A stretch of 64,000 nt of DNA from Rotaria socialis (taxonomy: Eukaryota). The position numbers and the translations under genes were made by a program. Position 1 is the first letter of the stretch. Each line of letters begins with the position of its first letter. Below are positions 11,607-25,917 of the stretch, in pieces. The notes under the pieces were generated by a model. It had not been told where the DNA came from. It ran no database searches and saw only the letters and a program-made list of their open reading frames with translations. Location: positions 1 through 64,000 of the forward strand of contig CAJNYD010000125.1 in NCBI GenBank assembly GCA_905331295.1. The letters run 5' to 3'.

Positions 11607-12529
11607 TTATGTCATTTTCTGAGTCTAAGCGCAAAAAACGAAAAAAGGTACCAATGTTGAAAATAACAAGCGCGACAATAAGCAACAAGAGAGAACAACA
11701 CAGGAGAAATAAACATACATAATATAACAAATATCAAGACAAGATCAGTGACGTTGCTGTCGTCACACTCCTGTCAAAAGGAGAATAAAAGTAATATTAG
11801 AAAACTTCATCGTTTCGTTGCATTCACTTTCATCCTCGCTGAGTTCTAAATTTGTAATTGGTTCATTCTCAAAACGCTTTACACATTTTCATATCATGTG
11901 TTACGAAGCATTATGTTGATTGGGACAGTTTTTTATTTTCGATCACAATCAGCGATTTTGATCGGTTCAGATTTTCCGTGAGTCCAAATATTTTTGTTCG
12001 AGATTACATTTAAAAAATAATCAGTGAGTTAAATACTTCCAAAGTTGCTAACATCACTAGTGATTTTCAACAGTAACATCATTCGTCTAGTTGAAATGAG
12101 GACAATCGATCAGGTTTCTTCATAGTAACGATCATTGTTTGAGTATGATTTATACAATTTGAGATTTGTCGCCATACTAACGATCACTCCAGAAATGACA
12201 TTCATCAAATTCAACTTCAAAAACTAGAAGTATAACGTTCATTTCTTAATTTTATATCTCTTGTTTCGTATTTATTTTTTGTTTTGTATTTTCTTTTATT
12301 TTATTTTCTCTTCAGCAATAAACACTTGACATAACATAAACGTTTTGATTTTACAAAATAGAAGAAAAGAAAATTTTGAAGCACTACCATGATGATCCAC
12401 TATATGATTTGAAAATCTAATTTGATAATTTTGTGAAGACGGTTTTGTATTTAATGTATTTGCTGGTGCTTGACGTTTTTTCATTAGTCGAAATATTCAT
12501 ACAAGTTTGAACAATAGTTGGTATTGTCT

Positions 12530-14220
12530 AAAAGTTTGCGTTATCTTGTCCAATAATCACCGGATTATTTCTTATAGAAAAACAAATCCGAACATAAGAC
12601 TTTCTTCTACTTACGATTATATTAAATCACGTAAATAACCATAAAAATAAGGTGTTTCTTCAATGTCTTAAAAAACTGGAAGCGAAGACAATCAAACTTG
12701 TGGAAGTTAAAGAGAGAACATAGAGTGAGCAATTTATTGTTACAACAAAACTTCTGTTACTTTATCAAGATTATCAAGACACGATTTATTATATTTTAAT
12801 AACAGCACTAACTGCGTTTTTAGTTGTCGTATTATTTTCAGGTTCACAACTATTCGGTGCACCTATCATTGTAAATAACCGTGGTAATGCTTCAGCACAT
12901 GCACATGCATAAATAGGGCCCCCATTCATACCCACTACGTCAAATTTATAGGCTTCAGTTTGACGAATCTTTTAATAAATAATCATAATCATAAAACAAA
13001 CGAAAATTCTAAAATATATTCAAAATTTACTTCAACTGCTTTATCAGCAAGATTTTCAACCATAGATGAAAGAAAGAATTCTGTACAACGTTGTGAGTAT
13101 GCAACAGTAAATTGTAGAATATCATCAAATACGCAAAATGCCCACTGACGATTATTTCCTCTTCAGTTTCTTCATCACGTCGTTTTCAATATGTCCATTT
13201 GAATATTCAAAATGTTTTTTTTCTCAGATGATTATCAAGAATTATTATTAATAACTTTTGTTCGTTAGCTGTTAAATTTGATACGCCTAATGTTTCAATT
13301 CACTAAATTATTACTTTACCTAACGAAGAAAATAATTCTCAAACTACTACGTGATCAGGTTCAATTTCAATTCCTTTAAATAATTCTTTATTCATATACT
13401 TTTTCATTTGACGAACATAGTCATCATCACGTAATTTGGCATAATCAAGTAAATGTAGTAAAGATTCAACAGCTGCAGCACGAGCACTTACAAATATAAG
13501 AATATGTTATTTTATGTTTATTAGTTTATAAATAAATAAAATCTTACCTTCGTGAAAATAAAATCGAAGAAGTGGAATCATCAATTTTGTTGTTTTCTCG
13601 ACGTTATTAACAAAGCTTTCTTTGAATTCTTTAACATAACAAACTAGCATTGAACAAGCACTTGCTTTTTCTACAAGACCTGTTGCTTTTATTTCAAAAG
13701 CTTTTAAATAAAAATTGGAAAAACTCTTATCAAATTATATTTTTCCCAAATACAAAAAATACTCTTACTTGATCACCAAGATCAAGTGTTGCCTAATTAT
13801 CATCTATTTCAACATCATTATCTCTATCAGCAAGTACAGTTACTTCAGGTTTAAATGCAGCAACTTGAAAAACCAATCGCATAACATTGGGTAAATATTG
13901 TTCAACATTTGTGCCTAATATTTTTACATGTACGTCTTCAACCACCAATTAAATATGATACTTGTAGATCATCACATTTCCTAAATTTTCAAAATCAAGT
14001 TGACTTTTAAATAATTCTTGCATCCTTCCATAGCGATTCTTAATAAATTAAAATCATAGTAAAAATTTACTTTCTAAACATATAAATCAGTACAATTTTT
14101 TTCTTTCCCAACAACTAAATAAATCAAACGAATACGTTCCATTATTTTACCGCGTAACACGTGATAATCAGATGTTATCACATTTTTAAATAAATATTTC
14201 AACTGTGGTATAAATCTTTT
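12530..14220 (-). pseudogene. IPO5: Unprocessed, truncated importin-5 (karyopherin beta-3) pseudogene
   Basis: Minus-strand exon pieces [101 protein letters not shown] and NNPVIIGQDNAN match IPO5 in order. Introns are retained; there are stops at conserved Trp codons (13938-13940, 13793-13795) and several frameshifts. Confidence 0.9.
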
Positions 14221-14799
14221 AATTTTCAAAACGAGAAACTACGAAGTTATCGATCGTAGTAACGTGAAAAATCTTGTCGAACTGTATCAGTAATAGCTGC
14301 GAGCAGCAACGTAATTAGGGGGCCGGACAAATTGGCAGTCGCCCATTCTAATTGTTTTTCGTAAGATTTTACCGATGATAATTTTAATTATTCAAATTGG
14401 TCATTTGTTTTTTAATTAGATAGTGATAACTGAATTTTGTTTTTCATTCGTCTAAACCCCGCATATACTCTGTGTTGGTTCGTTTTGCGATTAATTAGGA
14501 AGAAAACTATGTACATAAATGCATCATATAGTCATCTCGATTTCGGTGTTTGTATTTGAAATATAAGGTTTATTACAAGCGAAGTTTAAAATCGACAAAA
14601 ATACATCTGAATCAGACATGCCGATAGCGACGGCGCAGTAGTGGCACGTACTTTTTGCAAAAAAAATTAAAAAATTAGGAATTTTCACAGAATTCACATT
14701 TCGATCAGTGTAAAACTCGGGGGCTAGCTGAGCACATCAATTCATGTAGGCAGAACTAATTTATTGCACTAATAGTAAGGATTTGCCAACGATTTTTTG

Positions 14800-16960
14800 A
14801 AAATCGTCGCGACAATGACACGAGATTTACCTCTCTCCAAAGTCTGCAGCCCAGTAACAGAAGATTTTCAACTACGATGGATATCTCTGATCTAACACTC
14901 AGACATAAGATGTGAGTTTGATTCAGAGTTGATTAAAAGGACCTCATTTCTGTTTTTCTGTGTTCTTTTACGTTATCAATAATGTATTGTGGAATGATTC
15001 AAAATTAAAAGGACACATCAACATTATCCCAATCTATTCAATTGAATACATCAAAAATACAGATAATGCAAGCAGTACGAATGCGTGGCATAAGTGAATC
15101 ATTTAACATTTAACAACATTGTTTTTTATCAAATAGAATTTGAATGAATATTTCGAAGAGATCTGTACAGTGTTTGCAATGAAAGAGTGTATCCAGGAAA
15201 GTAGTTTTATGTTTTATCCAATAGAAAAATAGGTAGAGGCGCTGTGACATCGTCCATGTTCGCACAGCTCGAATTGATTGATAGACATGATATACTCGTA
15301 AATATGAATGAGTCCTGTTTAGTTTTGGTAGTCCTACAAATGAGAAGAAAGTATTTATTTATTCGTTTATTTATCACGACATATATATATGTATCCCAAA
15401 AAATACTGCTGTGTGTAATAATATTGACCTTGATTTAACCATATCTCTTGATACTCGTATAGAGCATAGCATGCAAAGTAGCAAATGAAAATTTAATATT
15501 TTGAAATAAATATATATTTAAACATAAAAGAATCGAAAAATATCTCCATAAACCTCATAATCGGTTTCAAATTGTATTTAATGAGTTGTGTCCAATTATT
15601 GATTAATTTGCTTGGAGCTAAACTTAATTCTATTTTATATGATATTTAATATACAGATTTTTATTTTTATTTTTTTTGTTACAGTACAACGATCAACTGC
15701 AATTAAAATGAATTTTATTTTTTGAAATCATTAACTGAAGAATTTGATTATGATGATAACGACAATAAACTTGATTAAATGATAAATTAATGAATATTAA
15801 AAATAGAGAAAGATACAGCATATGTGAAAATAGTCAAAAATTTATGTTCAGTTACATACATGCTATTACTCTACTTTCATTATCGACATGTAGTAAGAAA
15901 TATTATTTCCGTTTTTAGTCTAAACTAGATATTCATCAGGGAAGATTTTTAATTATGTTCAATATCATTTCTAAGTTTTACTTGAAAATTATTGATGTAG
16001 AAATAAATTGTCTAGCAATGTGTTTCATGAGCGTAAAATTCTGTTTAACCTTTTAATTTCATGTTAATTCCGTTTCTTTAGAAGAAAGATTTATCCCGCG
16101 AGAAAAATCAAATGTTATAATTTCAGCAATAGGCTCCCTTTGATTTTAACTTTTTTTAATCGATCAAAACGAGCCTGAATCACTTGGTATCAATCTACCT
16201 TCAAATGTCTGAAGAATATAATTTTAATCTGAATAGACTAACACCATAAAAATTAATATTTTCTCTAATATAAGTCATTGTATTGTAACTTTTTATCAAA
16301 ATGTTTTTTTCACAGGTTTTGAGTCTCGCAAATGAGAACGTTGTGAAAATTCCGTTTAGATAATAAATCAAAGTAGATGATTGATCTGAACCAATGATGC
16401 TCGTAATTCACATGCATTGCAGAATATACGGTTAGTCTTGGCAGGCATCATGAGTGCTACTGAAGTAGAAAATTTTTAAAATATGTACTATGTAGAACTA
16501 AAAATTTGACTAAAACTAGCAACCAATCTGAATTTTTTACATTTATCAGCGATCATTTTACTTGTGAATGAATTTTTATGATAAGGGACAGTTTTCAAAG
16601 ACTTTTAAGAGTACCCACAAATCCAGCTTGCCCTTCCTGTTCGACCAATAATTCACTCTAATGATACAATTTTTATAATTACCTGATGAATGACAACAAC
16701 AGTAATGAAATGTTACCGTACAAAAAACGTTTATTTGAAAAAAATAGATTGACTGTTAATGATACTGTTCTTAGATAAGTCGAACAAACGTTGTAATTAG
16801 ATCAACAGAGTTTGATTGTGCCACATAAATATTGCCTAAATTTGAGACTTTTGGAGTAATAATACTTTTCAGGTCATTGTAATTCAATGTCAGTGAGAAA
16901 GAATTACTTAGTGAGCAACTGAAAACAGTTGTAATCTGTTACACATGTGCTTTAGTTGAT
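14800..16960 (+). pseudogene. Decayed multi-exon gene relic, unidentified
   Basis: AG/GT-bounded exon-like segments with protein-like translations and stops, e.g. LKGHINIIPIYSIEYIKNTD, NLNEYFEEICTVFAMKECIQE, YPQIQLALPVRPIIH, LTVNDTVLR*VEQTL*LDQQSLIVPHKYCLNL. Confidence 0.4.
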
Positions 16961-17678
16961 ATCATCATATATAGTTGTCATTCTTTTATAAGATCATAAT
17001 TGATTTTCATCTATTATCAGACATAGACTTCATAGGGAAAGAAAATGAAGAAAAACAAATATATATATAGTTAGAAGCTGAAAACATAATAAGAATATTT
17101 TATTTTATTTTTAAAGCGAGCATATTTAATGTCGTACTTTCATTACTATCGATTTTCCTCTATTTATATAGTGAAAAAATACATTACTATATTGAAAATA
17201 AAGTATTAAGGAATTCGTTTAACAAATAACATGTATGCAATACTTCCAAATCGAATGTTTGGATGCAATAAATATGTAATGTAGAATATTCAAATAGTAA
17301 ATTAGAATCGGGAAAGAGATAAATAATCCTTCTCTTTTGATGCACTACGAAGAATCATCAACGTCAATCACCACTATCTTTACAGAAAAAATTCACAGCT
17401 CTGAGTTCTTCACCGGTAGGTTTTATAGTACGAAAACTAAGTTAGTCAAAGAAGAGAAGGATTCAGTATACGCACGTATTCACTGGTGCACTTTAATTTA
17501 ATTAAAACAAAAGAAGAAAGATTTTATATGGCATTCACGATGCATTCGAAAAGATATTAAAATATTTCCTAATTTTTTTAAACCTCTTCTAACAATATCA
17601 TATGATGATAGATAGTTCTAATATTTCTTCCACGATTTTTTCATCTTCGCTCAAATGTTTTTCTTGTTTCTGTTTAAG

Positions 17679-20216
17679 ATGTTGAATAATAGTCACCTAA
17701 GATTAAGTACATACCAACGATTTATTTATTTTCTGCATCGCTATAAATCATCTGATTCCATTAAAAGATATGATGATTATAATTATTTTAAACGAAGTAT
17801 TTTACCAACAGATCACTTTCAATATAGTTTACCAAATTTACCAATACCAAAATTAGACTTAACATGTGAACGTTATTTATCTTCTCTGAAACCTATACTT
17901 AATAATGATGAAAAATCGTTTGAACAAACACGTCGACTAGTTAAGGATTTTCGTCATGGCGATGGTAGAAGACTTCATATTCAATTACGACAAAAAAATC
18001 AAGCAAATCAACATACATCATATATATCAACACCATGGTTCGAAATGTATTTAAAATCACGTTTACAATTGATCTTAAATTTTAATTTTTTTCTTATTTT
18101 CCCTGACGATCAGAAGGAATTAAAGCCAGCAGCACGTATAACAAACTATATCATATCGTCTGTACGTTTTATGAATTCACTTCGAGCCAATTGGCTTGAT
18201 CCAGAAGTATATCACTTACATCCAACAAAAACAAATACTGAACAATTTCGTAAATATCTTCGATTTTTACCAAAGCGTGTTTCATCCTATGGTGCGTTTG
18301 TACAGAATGCATATCCATTAGATATGTCACAGTATGATCGTTTATTTAATTCAACACGTATACCGAAGCATGAATGTGATTTACTTGTAACAAGTCATAA
18401 TAATATTCGACATATTATTGTTATTAAAAATGGTCATTACTATAAAGTGAATATTCTAGAAAAAAATGGAGATCTTTTATCAGCTGAAAAGATTGCATCG
18501 ATTATGAAATATTTATGTGAACATTTAAATGAAGAAGAAAATCCATATCCATTAGGATATTTTACAGCTGATAAACGAGATAGATGGGCAACAATACGTG
18601 AGCAAATTGAAGCACTTTCACAGCATAATAAACAAATGTTCAAAGAAATTGACAGTTCAATTATGCTTATATGTTTAGGTTAGTTTATAAAAATACTTTC
18701 ATGAACATGAATTAATTAGAAAATAATTTTATAATGTGAGAAATCACTAATAGTTATGTGATAATATTTTTTCATTAGAAATTGGATACTTGTTGACGGG
18801 CGTTATATTACTGGGTGGGGATCTTAGAGTAAAATAAGACCTTATACCTTTTGCAAGTAAAGCTATTTTCATACTCTAATCTTTAAAATAGTTCTAGAAC
18901 TATGCTACTAAAAAAAATAAATTACTATGAATACAATTTAATTCAAGCAGAATATATTTGAAAAAATTCTATTCGGCTTCAACAGCAGATTTTTTTAGAT
19001 CTTCTTGTTTATATCGTATCAAAATTTTCAGTATCATATTAAACGTTGTCAACCTTATTTAGTACAATATTCCTCTTTATCATTTTTATATTCAATTCGA
19101 TTCATCTCTAATCTTTAAGAATTCATCAATAAAGATTTTACTTGATGAATTATTTGTTCAGTGACATGCCTAATTGTATTTTACATCGTTTTTTCTCTTT
19201 CAATAGATAATGATGATCCATCGAAATTAAATAAATCACTTAGTAAAAATCAACGTGCAGAATACATATCTAGCAAATATTTATGTGATAATGCATTAAA
19301 TCGTTGGTACGATAAATCATTTAATATGATTATGTTATCCGATGGAACGTTAGGTTTAAATTGTGAACATTCGTGGGGTGATGGTGTTGCTTTACTTCGT
19401 TTTTGTAATGATATTGACAAAGACGCTACAGAACATGGAAAAGTCAGTGCTTCTCATTATCAATCCATCAAAATGTCTGCACATGACTATATTGAAAAAC
19501 TTGAATTTAAATTAGATGATCAATTAAAGAATGAACATAACATATCAAAACAGAATTATAATAAATTTATAGCCAAACTTAACGTTAAAGTATATCAAGA
19601 AACAGTCCTTAGTAAAAATCTATTGAAAAGCTCGGAATTGAGTCCTGATAGTATAATGCAATTAGGCATACAAATGGCTTATTATAAAATGCATCATCGA
19701 TTTGTATCAGCATATGAATCATGTTCGACAGCTATATATAAACATGGTCGAACAGAAACAATTCGGCCTGTAACAAATGAAACAAAGAATTTTATTGAAA
19801 CATTAACGAAATCAAATGATGAAAAATTAAAAAAACAATTATTAAAAAATGCTTCCGACAAGCATCAACGATTAATTAAAGCAGCAGCAGCTGGGCATGG
19901 TTTTGATCGACATTTATTTGCATTAAAATATTTGCAACAAGTGGAAAATAAAGAAAATCATTTACATCCTCTTTTTACAGATCAATCATATCAATTAATG
20001 AATCATACTATTCTTTCGACATCAACGGTGGCTTCAAAACATATTCTTGTTGGTGGTTTTGGTCCTGTTGTTGATGATGGACTTGGTATTGGATATTTAA
20101 TTGATGATGATCACTGTGGATTACTAGTCACCTCCTACATGGAGAATGAATCAAACAATTTTATAGAAGCAGCTAATGAAAGCTACAAAGAATTAGCAAA
20201 TATCATAAAATCATAA
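17679..20216 (+). CDS. CPT2: Carnitine O-palmitoyltransferase 2, mitochondrial (2 exons; intron 18679-19206)
   Basis: PTDHFQYSLPNLPIPKL, HTSYISTPWFEMYL, AYPLDMSQYDRLFNSTRIPK, NRWYDKSF, catalytic CEHSWGDG, YESCSTAIYKHGRTETIRP, GHGFDRHLFAL, GGFGPVVDDGLGIGY. Confidence 0.96.
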
Positions 20217-21046
20217 TATCATTGTTTGGTTCCTGTTTATTTTAATGATATTTACAAATACATGAAAGCTCAGCTAGATTGAAACAAAGATTTTAGAATA
20301 CTAGAAGAAAATAGTTGACCTTTCGTATTATATCACGGTGGTAATAAAAAAAAATAATAAAACCAATGAAAAACTGCGAAAAATTTATTTTTAAATTATT
20401 GTTTACAATCTATTCTATTTGTATTCCTTTATATGCTCATCGACATCTTCCATGTATTGTGGTTTTTGTTGTTTTTTATTTTTATTTTTAAGTTAAAAAT
20501 CGTGTAGTCGCTTTCTTTATGACATAACCTCAATTAAAAAAAGCGATTATTCATTTTTTTTCATCTGCCTATTGCATGACGGACTTACTTATGATCTTCT
20601 CTCTTTTCCTTTTCGAATTATTACTTATCGATTTCATAATGCATTTTGAATTAATATGAAGAATAAAGGTAGGTAGTGGTATATTATTTCAATTGATGAA
20701 ATAAAAAAGTGTTCGGGCAAGGCTACTTAGTTTCTTTTGATTGTCTTAAGCATCCATTTTAATCGATCGTTGTTTCTTCTCCTACTCTACTTTGACGCCA
20801 ACATATTTTTACATACACAAATGTTTTGTCGTTCTTCCTTCTCTCCCTCTTGCTCTCCCTTGGATGTACCACATACGTGTAACTATTCTATTCGAATTTA
20901 TGTTTGCCAGCGAACGCTGCAGACAAACAATCGAATTCACATCTGATGACAATAAGAGAACGAAAAAAATCCTAATAAATAAATCGCTCTTTTTCGTGCT
21001 TCACTCAAGTAGTTTTACTTGTTTAAACTAGTAGAAGCTGCTTTAG

Positions 21047-24000
21047 ATGAATGCAATGCGTGTTACTTATCTATTGATTAGTTGTTCAATTTTTTTACCA
21101 ACACTTATTTATTCGGCTGAAGATTTTTATCAATTACTTGGAATAACAAAATCAGCTACACAACGTGACATACGACGTGCATTTAAACGTATAGCACTTG
21201 AAAAGCATCCAGATAAACGAACTGTAAATAGAATTTTTCAATAATAATGAAAATAAATTTTAATATTTTCTTTTTTCTTATTTATCAATTAAGGGAGATC
21301 CAAATGCACATGCAGAATTTTTACAAATAAATCGTGCATATGAGATTTTACGTGATGATGAATTAAGAAAAAAGTATGATACATACGGTGAAGAAGGTCT
21401 CAAAGATGATTTCAATCGTGGAAATCAATATCAATCATGGAATTTTTATCAACATAATTTTGGTTCGAATATTTTATTTCTTTTTCTATGATATTTTTTT
21501 TTTAAATAAAAATATATCTATTTTGCAGGCATTTATGATGAAGATCCAGAAATTATTACACTTAGTCGAACAGATTTTCGTAAGAATTGTATTTAAATGA
21601 AATAAAGATGAATATTTGTTGAATTTTATGTTTAGTACAATCCGTTGATGGTTCACAAGATGTATGGTTTATTAATTACTATTCTCCACAATGTTCACAT
21701 TGTCATGAATTAGCACCAGCAGTATGTTTCATTGTGTGAACCATATAATCGTTCAATCTTGTTATTGAATAATTCTTTTAGTGGCGTGAAATATCAAAAA
21801 TACTGGAAGGTGTTATTCGTATTGGTGCAGTTAATTGTCAAGATGAATGGATGATGTGTAATGAACAAGGCATTCGAGCTTATCCAACATTACGTATCTA
21901 TCCAAAAGTATGCATCGGTTTAGAAATTAAATTAACAACAGTATAAAATTCTTTTTATTTTTGATTTGTACAGCGTGATATTTATCAAGGTCCAAGAGAA
22001 AAAGATGCACTCATTCGCTATGCAATGAGCTTTGTCTCTGCTCATGTGGTTAAATTTGATGATCGCATGTTTAGAACTTTAAAAGCTGATACAAATAAAC
22101 CATGGTTGGTATCATTCTGCCGAGATATTGATGAAGGCGATTGTCTAGATGATGATCAAGTTTTTAAATTAGCGGTTATGCTAGTAAGTTAGATACTCTA
22201 TTTTGTTTTTTGAACCATGAATCAATAATATTCTTGTTCATATTTATTTTCTTATTAGAATAATCTTGTACAAGTTGCTAGTGTTAATTGTCATGCAGAT
22301 CCTTATGTATGTGAGCAATTAAAGCCACAAAGTACTATTCTGTTCTATCCCACTAAAGATTTTCCATCAAATAATGGTTATTCCATAACAAGTTTAAATT
22401 TAAAAGATATTGTTTCACAAATATTAGCACTCCTACCAAATTTATCATTAATTACAAAAGATCACTTTCATGTAAAGAAGAATTGGCATGATTGAAGCGC
22501 AATGAAATTGAAAATGTTTGATTTTTATTTGTAGGAATTAGTTAAACAATTAAAAGAAAGTGCAGATGCTAAACCATGGTTAATTCAATTTGTTGATGAA
22601 GTCAATAACGATAAAGACCATGAGCTGAAAAAACTACCATCAATGTTAAACGGTAAGTAATATTGAAAAAGAAAGTTTTTTCTTTAAATAAATATAACGG
22701 AACTTAGAAACGGAAGTAGAAGAGACAGTACAGGCAGTAACCACGTTAGAACGTTACATGAATAATTTCCAATCAAATGGGCGTTTTGTGGCCCTCATAA
22801 GTTGCACCCCCTAATTAGAGAGCTTAAGCTTTTTTATGAATAGAAATCACGTATGATCGTTTTATTCAGGATAAAAGAAAACAATCATTGATCATACTGA
22901 TGTATAATCATAAAGCAGAGTTATTTTTGTAGTACGGAAGACTGAATCATAGAATATTTATAGAACGAACTAGAGATTTTATTATTAATTGCAATGTAAG
23001 CTAGTAGAACCTGTTTAACAAAATCCACTTCTATAATGTAAAGCAATTTGCGACTCTCATAAAAAAGGGTTTACAGAGCAAATCAAATTTTCTATCTAAT
23101 TCATTATTTGATAAAATTTCATAGATAGATTGTAATATCAAATTTTTTCAAAAACTCGGCTCTAGATCATATTTTCTACGGCAACTTTCATCAATTTATT
23201 TTTAATTATTTAGCGTGTTTTAAAATAAAATCCTAGAAAATGGAATGCGCTTCTCTTTCGTTTAAAGTTTTGTGTTCTCTAAAATTATGTTTCTGTAAAC
23301 TAGCTTGACTCAGGTATTCATAGATTCGACAACTATGTTGTTTGATTTATCACACATTTTTATATTGTATGTCGTCAATGAAGCGTTCATCTAATATTTA
23401 TTAAATAGGCAACATAATCAGTTATTAAAATCACTATATAGATTTAAAATGATTGTTAAAGACTGTAAAAATAAAAACACCTAAAACAAAAGGGTTATAT
23501 TAAACATTGTTATACACCTCTTATATTGATGACATCTAAGTGAATTCTTTCATTCTTCCAGTGTCTTTTATTTTATGTTCAAGTTCTTTAATAACTGTTT
23601 CTCTATTTATGTTTAATATGGATTATTTTAATGAATAAAAAGAAATGATTTTTACTGTTAATGATCTAGTAGACGCGATTGATCGATGATTGCATCGAAC
23701 ACTAATAATCACTTTAAAACTTGATAGCTTAACCCTAGGACTTATGCTAATACCTATGCAGCAGACGCTAAAAAAAGGTTAAATCGCTTATAAAATAAAA
23801 TAAAAACTACAAATATTACGTTAGCTGATACAGATCAGTGTTTCTTATCGAGAGATTTATGAAATATAAATGAATAAAAGAAATGTGTCATGTTCCTTAG
23901 ACTACAACGTTGGCCGATTCGATTGCTCATCATCAACCGATACTTGTACGAACTTATATATATTCAAAAAGCCGGCATTTATTTTATTCAAACAAGGTGG

Positions 24001-25917
24001 TCACTATGAATTCTATTATGGTAAATATCTACTTATTGAAAACAAGTAAAAAAAGACGAATAAATTAAAATCTAAATTAAAGGTCGTCATACATCCAATG
24101 ATATCGCTGGATTCGTTCGTGATAATGCTTTTTCACCATTACGTGCTTTAACTCCGTCTGATTTTCCATCAGTTACAACTGATTCAAAACCATTTATAAT
24201 TGATTTCTTTTCACCAGTTAGTATTCGTATTAAATTTAAAAAATCTAAATTCATTTTCTTTTATTAATAATTTTTGTATTAGTTCTGTCCACCGTGTATG
24301 CATTTATTACCCGAGTTTCGAAAAGCATCAAAACGTTTAACGGATAAAGTTAGTTTTGGTACAGTTGATTGTACTATACATCAACCATTATGTCAACAAT
24401 CAGGTATAAATTCATATCCAACAACAATTTTATACAATCAATCAGTTCAACATAATTTTCATGGTCAACATCAAGAACAAGCGATAATAAATTTCATTGA
24501 TGATATTCTTCATCCAACTGTCATAACATTAGATAGTGATTTATATACAAAATTAGTTGAAAATAAAAATTCCAATGACATGTGGTTAATTGATTTTTTT
24601 ATGCCATGGTGCTTTCCATGTCAACAATTAAGTGGTGAATGGAGAACATTATCAAAAGTATAAAACGCAGAGAAAAAAAGAATCCTATTTTCTACAACGA
24701 GTTCTTTGTGTTTTTTTTTAGCTTTTAAAGGGTATTGCTCATGTTGCACAAGTTGATTGTACAGTTCAATCCCAATTATGTCAAAAACAAGGTGTTTATA
24801 GTTATCCAACCATTCGTCTTTATCCGCCCAATGTTGATGGACACACTTTCATGTAAATATAATTATATTGTATTTCTTTTTCAAACAAAATTCAAAACCA
24901 TCCAGTTTTGAAGTGATAAGGTAGAATTTCGGAACTGCGACACTCACATGTGATATATCATAGTTGTGCGTCAATACAGACGTGACAAACATGTTAGAAA
25001 CGATTCAACGTAGAATGCAGCAATAATTATTGATTTACAATTACACACTCTATATGAATAGCGTGCCTTTATGGCTTGATAAGAGAATTTCTGTTGAAGT
25101 ACATGAAAAATAAAACATGGAACTCTGGCGAAGAAATATATCCTACAGCAATCTTTCGCTGATTGGTAACAATAACTACATCATGTTTTACACGTTAATC
25201 TGATTGACATTGTACTGATATCTCTTTATTTATTTTTGTCTATGTTCTATTTAGTTTATATAATAATGGATGGCGTGATGTAAATTCATTACGCTCATGG
25301 GCATTTCAATATTTACCAAGTAAAGTTACTGAAGTGGATGGAAAAAATTTTTCGGCAAATATTTTACGTGATTCGAAACCATGGTTGATTGATTTTTATG
25401 GTAAATATATTGTATGAAAATTGATTCTACGTCCATCTATTCATTTTTCTAGCACCTTGGTGTGGACATTGTCATCAGTTTTCACCGATATTTGAGGGCG
25501 TTGCACGTGTAAGTTACTTATGAGTAGAAGAGCAAGCAATGAATGTTAGGTTTATTTTTTGAATTTTTTATAAAAGAGACTGGATGGAAAAGTAAATTTG
25601 GGTAAGATAAATTGTGACAATCATCGGCAAATTTGTGAACGAGTATCAATTCATGCTTATCCAACAATTAAATATTATAAAGGTTCAAATGATTCCAAGC
25701 GACAGGTAAATTTTCAAGGAGATTATTTAACTATGTGATTTCATTCATAAAATGACATTTCGTATTTTAGGAATTTCTCGGTGATGAAATAGGCAATTTA
25801 GATGAAGATTTTATTGTTAATTATATTAATGACCAGCTGCAGCAGCAGCAGCAGCAGCAACAACAACAACAACAACAGCAACAAGCATCAAATGTACATC
25901 ATACAACTGAATTATGA
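21047..25917 (+). CDS. DNAJC10: DnaJ homolog subfamily C member 10 (ERdj5), about 16 exons
   Basis: Signal peptide, J domain with HPD, thioredoxin motifs CSHC, CPPC, CFPC and CGHC in ERdj5 order, C-terminal HTTEL*. Confidence 0.95.
25840..25884 (+). repeat. CAG/CAA repeat encoding Q15 near the DNAJC10 C-terminus
   Basis: (CAG)6(CAA)6 CAG (CAA)2 in frame in the last exon. Confidence 0.95.

Noticed and set aside
21640..25510. Possible selenocysteine in the ERdj5 thioredoxin motifs
   Set aside because: All four CxxC motifs use TGT/TGC codons, with no in-frame TGA.
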